Below, piece by piece: positions 50,653 through 60,563 of a stretch of DNA of 64,000 nucleotides; positions within the stretch are counted from its first letter, which is position 1, and each line of letters opens with the position of its first letter. The stretch is from Podarcis bocagei (taxonomy: Eukaryota). Where the stretch lies: assembly GCA_964188305.1 (NCBI GenBank), contig OZ076887.1, one strand, 5' to 3'. The translations under genes and the position numbers were made by a program. The notes beneath the pieces are model-generated. The model was not told where the DNA came from. It did not search any database and saw nothing but the letters and a program-made list of their open reading frames with translations.

Positions 50653-50866
50653 TCAGGTAGGTAGCAGTGTTGGTCTGACGCAGTCAAAATAAATAAATAA
50701 AAATTAAAATTGTCCAGTAGCACCTTAGAGACCAACTAAGTTTGTTCTGGGTATAAGCTTTCGTGTGGTGTCTGAAGAAGTGTGCATGCACACGAAAGCT
50801 TATACCCAGAACAAACTTAGTTGGTCTCTAAGGTGCTACTGGACATTTTTTTTAAAAAAAAAAATT
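50653..50866. mobile_element. Penelope-like retroelement remnant with inverted terminal duplication
   Basis: Perfect 57-bp inverted repeat (50711-50767 / 50789-50845); motif CTGAAGAAGTGTGCATGCACACGAAAGCTTATACC typical of squamate PLE termini; probable TSD ATAAAAATAAGT / ATAAAAAGAAGT. Confidence 0.8.
50767..50806 (+). ncRNA. Minimal type-I hammerhead ribozyme motif (Penelope-associated)
   Basis: Stem I GGUGU/AUACC; core CUGAAGA (50772-50778) plus an extra A; stem II GUGUG-CAUG-CACAC; GAAA (50794-50797); palindromic AGCU in place of stem III; UH site. Confidence 0.6.
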
Positions 50867-53075
50867 ATAAAAAGAAGTGTTTAACCATTTTAATCTGAAT
50901 TTCTAAGAACTGTTTAAAAGATGAAGTTTGGTGGCAATCCATAATACAGTGAATTTAGTGAAAGCAATAAATAAGTTATTATAGTTACAATAAGACAACA
51001 TTTTGGACTATCTATGGCCTTACTTTTAACAACTGAACTCTACAAGCTTCCATTTTATGACAGATATAAATAACTGTCAGCTTATGGTTCATCACCCCTT
51101 ACAACTTCATAAAACTGTCAAAGTGGCACCTTGCCTAAATACTGTCTGTAGTACTTATGCACAATCCTATGGGTGTTGCGATGGAGTTCCAGGAACCATA
51201 GGATTTTGCAGATGAATCTCGCCTTCTCCATGGGCTCTGAAGAAGCTTCATCCAGGTTGCTATGAAAAGATCCATAGCTACTACTTCCCCAGAGAGAAGA
51301 GGGCAAAAGGGAGCATTTTGCAGGTGGATTTAAGTGGTGTCTTTGGATCTGCTTGAATTCAAAGCCCTTTCACTATGAAACCGTCGGGAAAGAATGTCGA
51401 CCCTTTGGCTGGTGTCCTTCTTTTCCCTATTCAAATTCTTGGGGGGAAAAACTAAAAGCCAATAGGAGGAGAGAGAAAATGGGGAACAACACCATCACAC
51501 CACCTTCTGTCCTGACAGTGCATTCCCAGAGGGCTTTGGATTTTGTGATTTGTCTTCTATAACTACTAACCACTCCCAACACTGTTGCTCTGTCTAAGCA
51601 CTTATCCCGCAGACAGAACTTGACATCAAGTGCTCTTCTCCAATATTTGACTCAACTCAGCCTTTTGCCAAGTATGGGTAGCATCCAGTAAAAACAATAG
51701 CCTAATTCACTATAATCAAAATGAACGAACAGATTATCCTGTTTCACAGTCTCTTATATATATATGTATCTATTCATGACATAAATTAATGTGCAAAATT
51801 GTGGCTGGGTTGTCATTATAGCTATGTTTTCCTATTCAGAAGATATTTGTATCAACTCTTTCAGTGCAGATTTTAAAATGGCTTGCAGAACTCTTCACAA
51901 TTGAAGTACACTTAATATTAACCAATGAGTGAAGCATTGGCCTGGTGCGGTAGTTCTTAGATTTTTCCAGGCTAACAATATTTTCATCTGCTGTTTATAA
52001 AAAAAGTAGGCCTACAAGTCTTTCTTTGTACTTTATTCAATACATTAGGAGCTCAACGCCTCTACAGGGAAGGGGAGGAGGCATGAAAGTTGCAATTGTA
52101 ATGATGCACAAAATGTACCTTGTTTATTCCAAGATACATTATTTAATTTCCCCCAAAATCAATGTGAAACCCATTTTATTAAAAATGTCTTGAAATAATG
52201 TGGCTTTCAGAACAAAAGCATCAAAGGATCAATTTTCTCAATAAGAAAACCATTTTCCCCTTAACAAAAGGCAGAGTATCTCTGAACTGTCAATCAGACA
52301 AAGAGGTGAAACTGCTATAGTTGTTAAGCAGAATGAATAAAATATGCTATGGCAGTAGCTCCCAAGATGCCAAATTCAGGGAAAAGATTTAAGTACACCT
52401 CACAGTTCAAAGAGAAATAAAAATTGCACAGAACATGTGTAATTCATTTTTTAAAGAAATCAAACATTCAATTGGATGTATCACAATTCATATTTAATTT
52501 CAATATATGGTGACTGTCAGAATTCCAGATACAGTCATGCTGAGAACTTGTGCTGAAGTAGTTTAACAATGTTGACCATTTTTGTTTTTCAAAACACATC
52601 CTTAATTCAGAATTCACCGGCTTCTAAGAATAAGGCAGCCTCCCCACCACCATACACCATTTTAAAAATCAGATCTATTGTGTGCAGTTCTTAGGTTTTC
52701 TAACAAATTTAGATTCTAAAATAACAATTTAATAGTCTATTAAACAATACCAAAAAACGTTTCTACTAGTTGGATGCCATTAACATTGATTATTACAAGT
52801 GTTGGTGTCAATTTTCCCAAAAGGAATGTGACTTCCTCTTCTTAGTGTTAACAGGGTGCTATTCTTGACATCCAAGAAGCACAACTTCTTTTTGCATACA
52901 ATATTAATTGCATTAATCAATAACAAATTCACTATCTTTATAGGGGTTCTTCCAACCCCCAGACTTCCCCCCACTCCTCTCCCCGGTTTACAATAATTAT
53001 CTCTTCTCTTTTCTGTGACTAAATACTTTTATCTAATCTATTAAGTCTGCCTTTTCAATACCCTTTATCAAATTA

Positions 53076-53810
53076 CCGTATTTTTCGCTCTATAACACGC
53101 ACCCGACCATAACACGCACATAGTTTTTAGAGGAGGAAAACAAGAAAAAAAATATTCTAAACGAAACAGTGGATATATGATTTTTGTGGTTCATGCTGTG
53201 GCCACAGACATGTGATCTGATAGTGAGTTTGGAGTAGCCCAATGCAAAAATCCTGAGGATCCATGTGGATCCATGCTTTGTAACCACATTTTTGCACCAC
53301 TGCAGCCCCAGGCAACAGTGGGTGCGTGATTTTTTTGGGTGCAAGCTGTAGCCATGGACATGCTATGTGATCTGATGGTGAATTTGGGGTGACCCAGTGC
53401 AAAAATCCTGAGGATCCATGTGGATCTGTGCTTTGTAACCACGTTTTAAGTGGGGAGGGAAGGAAAAGCACTCAAGGGACAAAGGACACGTGTGGGGTGG
53501 GTGGAGAAGGATGCTGTTAATAATGCAGAAGAGGGGTATAAGAGGAGAAGGCTCCCCTCCCCTCCCGCTTTGCTCCTTTAAAGAAGCAGGCTCTCTGTCC
53601 CTCTCTCCTCCCCACTCAGCAGCTCTTCTCCCGCTTTGCTGTTTCAAAGCGAGCCACGGAGGAGGGAAGGAAGGGGAACCATGGATCCTCTGCTCACGAC
53701 TGCAACTGATCCTCACCAGCACCCGTAGGCATTCGCTCCATAACACGCACAGACATTTCCCCTTACTTTCTAGGAGGAAAAAAGTGAGTGTTATGGTGCA
53801 AAAAATACGG
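53076..53810. mobile_element. Non-autonomous pogo/Tigger-like DNA transposon with internal ~155-bp tandem duplication
   Basis: TIRs CCGTATTTTT.GC.C.ATAACAC / GTGTTATGGTGCAAAAAATACGG; TA TSDs; repeated ATAACACGCAC motifs; duplicated block at ~53195-53292 and ~53345-53447. Confidence 0.85.
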
Positions 53811-55235
53811 TATATTACAAGTGCTAATCCAAGCCTGCTAACGTATTTAAATGTTTGCAATGCTCCTTCATATATTCTATAAAGTTAATCCATTCATTTT
53901 TATTTTTATTTTTTTGTCCTCTTGGTGTCTAATCTTCCCATTCCCGTTCAATTTCGTCATTTTGGCATAATCCATCCAGCTCTCTTTTTGCGTAGAAGGA
54001 AGCTGCTTGAGCAACTGCTTATCTTCCACCTCCATACTGTAGCTACTGAAATAAGAACGACCTGGACAGGCAATGGGTCTCTCTCCCTGAAGCCACTTGG
54101 ACCCAGAGGCTGTAACCAATCACCCTAATGTACTAGCAGAAGCTAACTTAAGGATTCCTACCAGTGCAATGGGACCTTTCCCCTTCTCGTCCCCTGTGCC
54201 CTCCCCCCCATATGCTCCAGAGGATTGGGAGAAATCCCAAAACAGTGCATGGTGGAAGGAGAGAGGAGACCTTAACTGCAAGAGTGAGAATACGCAGAAC
54301 CTAAAGAAGGCCTTATCTTTATGTTTATCCCATCAAGAGGAATCTGGATGGCTCTCATGCTGGCTTACAGAGTATGATAGAAAAAAATAAAAAAATAAAA
54401 TCCAACATAAAACTAAAACTCAAAAGAAATATGGTAACAGTGGCTGAAAACAGCAGCTAGAACACAATTCAGTTTAGAAGTTAAATGCCTTTCATAAAGG
54501 TCAAGAAAACTAAAAAAAGATAACAATGAATAATCTTCTTTCCTAGAACACAAAATTCCAATCTCTTACAAATCTACACATAATAAAAAAATTCTTTGCA
54601 CTTGCATCCTTAGATACCATCTAGCAGATGAGCAATCCTGTCCTCATGCTAAATTACTACTGGTAAGAATAAAGCAATTTCAAAACATAAAGGTCAATTT
54701 TTAAAAGTGCAATCCATGTTCCAGGATTTTCAGCTTTTATTGCTACCTTGAAAGGAGATGCAAAATAATGTGTATGATCTGTCCTAATTCTAATTACATG
54801 AGACGTGTTCAGCTCAAAATATATACAGCTACTTATTTCTAAAATGACATTACATTCGCCAGAATTTTAAAGACTCTCTTCAGCTGGAATTGTTTCTCTA
54901 TTAACAAAGTACTCCTCAGAGTTTTGAAGGGGAAAAAAATAAAATGTGAGCAGCAGAAGTGCAGTCTTAGTTTTATAGAGCTCAGTAACCCCATGTAATC
55001 AAATGGCAAGCATGAAAATAAAAAACCCGTGGAAGACAACAAAGTAAGAAATGTTCTTTTAATAGCCAAATCCCAAATGGGACATGCAGCCCAATTTGTA
55101 ATGTTTGCTATGCTCTCCAAATAAAAGGGAAGCTTTGTCCACTTTCACTTCATTGCCAAACTATGGGCAAGAACTACATGGAAGGGAGGGATGAGAGGAG
55201 ATATTTTCCAGAAAAAAGGTCAAAGGTTGCTTTTA

Positions 55236-55236
<1 letters not shown>

Positions 55237-55267
<31 letters not shown>
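55237..55267. repeat. (AC)n microsatellite
   Basis: Direct reading. Confidence 0.95.
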
Positions 55268-55270
<3 letters not shown>

Positions 55271-56398
55271 TGAGGTTATAATGTTTAGTCTTATCTCAGG
55301 ACAATCTAGCCAAGTAGGGTCAACCATTAATGATGGGCAGGAAATGATTTTCATTGTCCCACTTTTAGAGATCCTTTAATAAGAAATAAGATTTCAGACC
55401 TATGCCTGAAAGACATGCCCAACATGTCTGACTATTACTCCATACCAAAACTAATATTTAAAAAACCCAATCCAGAGACATTTAGGATGCCTGTGAGACG
55501 GATCCTAAAATGAGTTTTGTCTTCACCACGCTAATTTTCTGCAGAAAAATATTAAATCTTGCAGAGGGGCCCAAAAAGCACAGCCCAAAAATAGGTTTGC
55601 CACTCCAAATGTTATCTTATGAGTAGGCTTAAATCTGGGGTTTCACAAATGTAGCTGGAAAATGGCGAGTCTACTACCTTAGCATCTTAATTTATAGCAG
55701 ATGATCTGATGCGAACATTGCTGTCAGGACTAGCAAGTACTCCAGTACCACCTCTAGGGCCAGCAGGCTGCCATATGGTGATGGAAAAGAGAAACAAAGA
55801 GGAAAGATTTTAAAAATATCTAGTGTCAGTTTTGTTGTGGTGGTTTGAGCTCAGGAGTGATATTTAAAGTTATATATAGCTATATGCATGGATCATATTC
55901 ATAAGTCATCCATATATTATATGAAAGACAGAGGCTGGATTTCCAGAAGTCTTTTTTCATATGCTTTAACTTTAAGCGCATCTTCCACATAAGCCAACAG
56001 ACAGGCAATATAGAGTTAAGTGTTGCTATTGTTTATTATAATTTTTTAAAGCCCTGCAACTGTATAAATGTCAATATATTAGCTTATTATTCTCCCTCAT
56101 CTTTAAAACGCTAACCGAAACTAATTTGATTTTTCCAGATTTGCAAATTTTATAATGGATTGAAATCCTGAGGGATTTCACAACAGCTGGATGAATTGTG
56201 TTATTCTAATTTCAACTACCCAAGGGTTTAGAAAGCTGCTGTAGTTTAAGATAATCAATTTCTCATTTCCAGAAACATGATAACACTGAATATCAATGCA
56301 TTGTCCTGAAACTACTTTCATATAACACATTGATTCTATTCATTAAAAAGCCAGGCTAAACTATTGTTATACTCCCTGTTGATCAAAGCCTAGCCAAG

Positions 56399-56426
<28 letters not shown>
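56399..56426. repeat. (GT)n microsatellite
   Basis: Direct reading. Confidence 0.95.
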
Positions 56427-56430
<4 letters not shown>

Positions 56431-57580
56431 GAGCTGCACTAAGTAGTCTGCTGGCTTATTAAAACTCAAATCCATCTGCTCCCTTTACAAATAATTTGGG
56501 ATACCAAACGACCTTACATCAGATTTCTTATGCTTGATGATTCTCTGTGGTTTATTCCAGTATATGATTCAAGGGCTCAATACAGAGGAGAAGACAAACA
56601 GGGAGCCATAGTGTAACAAAAGTGTCAAAGGAATATGTTGAAGATACAAAATTATATTTAATTTTTAAAACATTTTAATTTCCATTGATAGGTGGAATAA
56701 AATGCACTACAGAAGCACCCAATTAAAAAAATCATGTTCCAGCTACTCTTGAACCATAATGAGATGTAAATAGCTATGTGGTATTTCAGAGGGATCCTAC
56801 TTATTTTAGTGAAATCGTGTGTGCTTTATGTCAGATTTATGCCTATTGGAAAGGTATAAGAAAATGATTTTTTTCCAAAAATGAGGTGACAGGGTCAAAG
56901 TGACTCTGCAAAAGCCAGCTAATGTACCCCAGACACAGAGTGCAAGCGTACAGACCAAAGATCACACACAAAGTCAATGGCTGGGGGAAATATGGCCACA
57001 ATTTTTTATTGATAATGGAGATTGTTGTGGCATGGCAGCAAGGATCTTGGTATTGGGTGGCCTGACTTCTGCCTGATGTTGTCAGGAATTAGGGAATGGC
57101 CCACCTCACTGTGGGTCATCCCAGTGGTTGCTCACCCACATGGCTGCAAAGAGGCCAGCCTCAGTCCCCAGAGCTACAGCCCCACCAAGGAACCCTTATG
57201 TCTATGAATTCTGTCCTTTGTCCCTCTGCCACCAACTGTATGCTGTGACAAATACTCACTTTAGAATAAAATAGTAAACTCAATATTCTACAACCTGTGC
57301 ATGTTGCTATGAGAAAGGTGAAAACCTCATCACTACGTCATAAAATGCCAAGATCTGCCATCCTCCTATTATCATGTATTAATTATAATTATAGACTGCT
57401 TTTCTTTTTCAGTCAAAACTGAAGGTCAGCTGGGTCAAACCAGATCAAGAGAAAGGAGCCTGCTATGTCTACCTATTCCACTCAGAGCCACTAAGAGAGG
57501 CTCAGAAGCCAGAAGTGTGGCAGTTACCTTTCAGTTGACCATTGCAAGCCAGAAAAAACAGCATGAGAGAAGAAAATTAC

Positions 57581-57664
57581 CTTCACATTCTCTGCTGGTG
57601 AAGTAACATTCTGATGGCGTTTCAGAAAGATGCAAGACAAACATTTCCATTAATTCTGCCAAAT
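57581..57664 (-). CDS. TBC1D32: TBC1D32 coding exon
   Basis: Acceptor ttttatttcag, donor gtaatt; 84 nt, phase 1 to 1. Encodes (N)LAELMEMFVLHLSETPSECYFTSRECE. Confidence 0.9.
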
Positions 57665-57849
57665 CTGAAATAAAACCAAAACGATTAATGCATCAATGCC
57701 ACAAAATTTCCTTTTAAAAAGAAATCATGTCATGTTTTGTGATTTGCGTGTGCACAATTTTGTAACAATAAAATAAATATATATATATTTAAAAATGCCA
57801 CAAAGTAAAATGCAGAACTATATCAACCAATTTCTTTGTTTCCCTTTCC

Positions 57850-58038
57850 TCCACAGAACCAAAGGTGGCATATGTAGCTTGCTCCACTCCATTTTATCCT
57901 CTCAATCACCCTGCGGGAGAGGATAGGCTGAAAGACAGTGAGTGGCTCAAGGGCACCCAGTGAGCTTTATGGCTGAGTGTGGACTGAATCTTAGTCCCTC
58001 TGATATAGGCCAATACTCTGACCACAGCACAACAGTGA
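57850..58038 (-). mobile_element. MIR-like CORE-SINE, degenerate
   Basis: CCATTTTATCCTC.CAA.CACCCTG...AGGCTGA...CAAGG.CACCCAGTGAGC core motif; partial plus-strand copy near 48880-48960. Confidence 0.6.
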
Positions 58039-58957
58039 GTAGAAAATGAACCAAAATGAAAGCCTATAGGCAACTAACAGTGCACTCTACTACATATGAG
58101 TTTAGAAGAAAGTCTCACTGGGTTCAAAGAGGCTTACCTCCAGGTAAGTGCGTTACAAGATTGCAGCCTAAAGCTGTCTATACGACCGCATGTTTATTCA
58201 CAAAAGCATGGCAAAAATAATTCAAAACAGGCATTCTGTTTTTGTATTCATAACAACATTCCTGGTTTAAATTAAAATTTTAATGGCTTCTCTGACAATC
58301 TATTCAGTGTAAACTGAAAGGGAATCGTTTGTTATCCTTGGATCCTCTGAGGATTACTTCGGAATTTGTTAGACAGTTTCAACATGAAGAAAATTAGCTG
58401 TAATTAGATTGCACTGCCTACATTCTTCTATTCAGAGGTTCTGAGGAGGGAAGTTTGGCCTTAATCTTGCAGTAAAGGTCAATGCACTTTAAGAGTTTCT
58501 GTCCTCCTTTGTGCAAAAGGCGTTCCAACACAGCTACCTGCTTCCTTTTGCATCTCAGCAGGAAACTTTCCAAGCTCTGCATGGAAGTCTTTTGCACTTG
58601 TCTTACTCATTTAAATGAGTAAGAAAGCCCTAAAAGGGAGAAGAGTTCTATGTTCTATGCACACAGCATATTTGAGTACGATTGTTTTTCATTCTTTCAT
58701 GGATAGTTCCCAAAGTGATCTTTGCAAACACAGGTTTGCCTAGAGCAGGCTTTCACCAACATCTGAGTTCACTGACCCCTTGACGAGCTTATAAAGTTGT
58801 CATTGACCCCCCCAACCCAAATTCTTAGGGATGTAAATGAAATGACATCCAGAAATATCAATGTATAATCAACCTTTTTAAACCACCAATCACCATTACT
58901 AGGAATCATAAAATGGGGAAAAAAATAAGGAATACTGTCACATTGTAAAATCATCTA

Positions 58958-59311
58958 CAGTGGTGCCCCGCAAGACGAATGCCTCGCAAGACGGAAAACC
59001 CGCTAGACGAAAGGGTTTTCCGTTTTTGAGCTGCTTCGCAAGACGATTTTCCCTATGGGCTTGCTTTGCAAGACGAAAACGTCTTGCAAGTGTTCCGATT
59101 TTTTTCCGCTTCCCCCCTTTTTCTAAGCCGCTAAGCCGCTAATAGCCTTTTAGCCGCTAATCCGCTAATCCTTTAATAGCCGCTAAGCCTTTAATAGCCG
59201 CTAAACCGCTAATAGCGCTAATCCGCTAATAGGGTTGCTTCGCAAGACGAAAAAACCGCTAGACGAAGAGACTCGCGGAACGGATTAATTTCGTCTTGCG
59301 AGGCACCACTG
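58958..59311. mobile_element. Tc1/mariner (Tigger-like) MITE with internal CCGCTAA microarray
   Basis: TIRs CAGTGGTGCCCCGCAAGACGAA / TTCGTCTTGCGAGGCACCACTG; TA TSDs; many GCAAGACG subterminal repeats; CpG-rich. Confidence 0.9.
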
Positions 59312-59599
59312 TATTAAATACAGAGGCTCCTCACTGGCAAGGAAGATGCATTCTGTACATATTAATGTTCTTTATTCCTGAGGCTCGTTGCATTTCCACA
59401 CTGTCCCTTGTGGCAATCTTTTCCACCCCTAGGCCGTTTCTGACCTACTTTGGAATTCTAGATCTTTTATTCAGCCCCTGCACATTCACATCAATATCAA
59501 CCACTTTGGGAAACCATTGCCTAAATAATGTATAATTCTGATTTAGTAATTCATTTGGAGTAACTCTCTCAGGGATTCTTAGAGGAATGTTTAGGATAT

Positions 59600-59969
59600 A
59601 CTGCTATGGATACATGACGTCTCCAGGCACTGCAGTTGTCTGCAAGGGATTCCGGTCTGGCGGAGTTGATGTTGTCAGGCTTCATGTCACATTTGCAGAC
59701 ATCTTTGGAACACAGAGTTGGTCTACCAATGGGCCTGGTGCTGGAAGCCAGCTCCCCACAGAGCAGAGGAAAAATAACCGTGGGAGGAGTGCAGAGAGAA
59801 GAAACGCCATGGTGCATCTGCTGCAGCACAACTGGATGCCTTCATCTGCCCCAGATGCAACAAAACATGTGTCTCCCACATCCGTCTCTACAGCTACAGC
59901 AAGCGCTACAACCCAGCAACAGTTTGACTTCACCTCAATTGTCGCTTGAGACAGGCATATTCCAACCAA
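59600..59969. mobile_element. 5'-truncated RTE-clade LINE with inverted 5' segment
   Basis: 59600-~59765 on minus encodes LCGELASSTRPIGRPTLCSKDVCKCDMK...ESLADNCSAWR. ~59761-59969 on plus encodes EQR...EKKRHGASAAAQLDAFICPRCNKTCVSHIRLYSYSKR (RTE C-terminal Zn-finger-like) and a CCAA tail. TSD TTTAGGATATA / TTTAGGACATA. Confidence 0.75.
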
Positions 59970-59979
59970 TTTAGGACAT

Positions 59980-60290
59980 TTTGTTGTTGTTTAATCATTT
60001 AGTTGTGTCCGATTCTTCGTGACCCCATGGACCAGAGCATGCTGGTAGCTTCGAGAACACTGTCCAACCATCTCGTCCTCTGTCGTCCCCTTCTCCTTGT
60101 GCCCTCCATCTTTCCCAACATCAGGGTCTTTCCCAGGGAGTCTTCTCTTCTCATGAAGTGGCCAAAGTATTGGAGCCTCAGCTTCAGGATCTGTCCTTCC
60201 AGGGAGCACTCAGGGCTGATTTCCTTAAGAATGGATAGGTTTGATCTTCTTGCAGTCCATGGGACTCTCAAGAGTCTCCTCCAGCACCAT
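59980..60290 (-). mobile_element. Bov-B (RTE) LINE 3' end, 5'-truncated
   Basis: Encodes WCWRRLLRVPWTARRSNLSILKEISPECSLEGQILKLRLQYFGH...TLMLGKMEGTRRRGRQRTRWLD, a Bov-B hallmark. (CAA)n tail; perfect 12-bp TSD AATTTAGGACAT (59968-59979, 60291-60302). Confidence 0.92.
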
Positions 60291-60437
60291 AATTTAGGAC
60301 ATAGCAACATATAATACAAACTGGTTTAAATGGCATGTCTTCCCCTTTGACAGTCCTCAATCATACCTCACTATAAAGAATCATCAATATAACATAGCAA
60401 GGATAAGCAGCTTCCCTTTAAAAATAATTATACTTAC

Positions 60438-60563
60438 TGGTTCCACTCATAACAGTTGGTTTGTTTTCCATGATTTCACAAAACTGTCTTTGAATATTTT
60501 CAATCAATTCCAGTGGTTTCTCTGGATTATTTAAAGCACATGCAAGCTTGCTAGCATTGCCAT
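60438..60563 (-). CDS. TBC1D32: TBC1D32 coding exon
   Basis: Acceptor cttcgttttag, donor gtaagt; 126 nt, phase 1 to 1. Encodes (D)GNASKLACALNNPEKPLELIENIQRQFCEIMENKPTVMSGT. Confidence 0.88.

Noticed and set aside
59123-59232. Telomere-like or CRISPR-like repeat
   Set aside because: The unit is CCGCTAA, not CCCTAA; there are no unique spacers; and it is enclosed by Tc1/mariner TIRs with TA TSDs.
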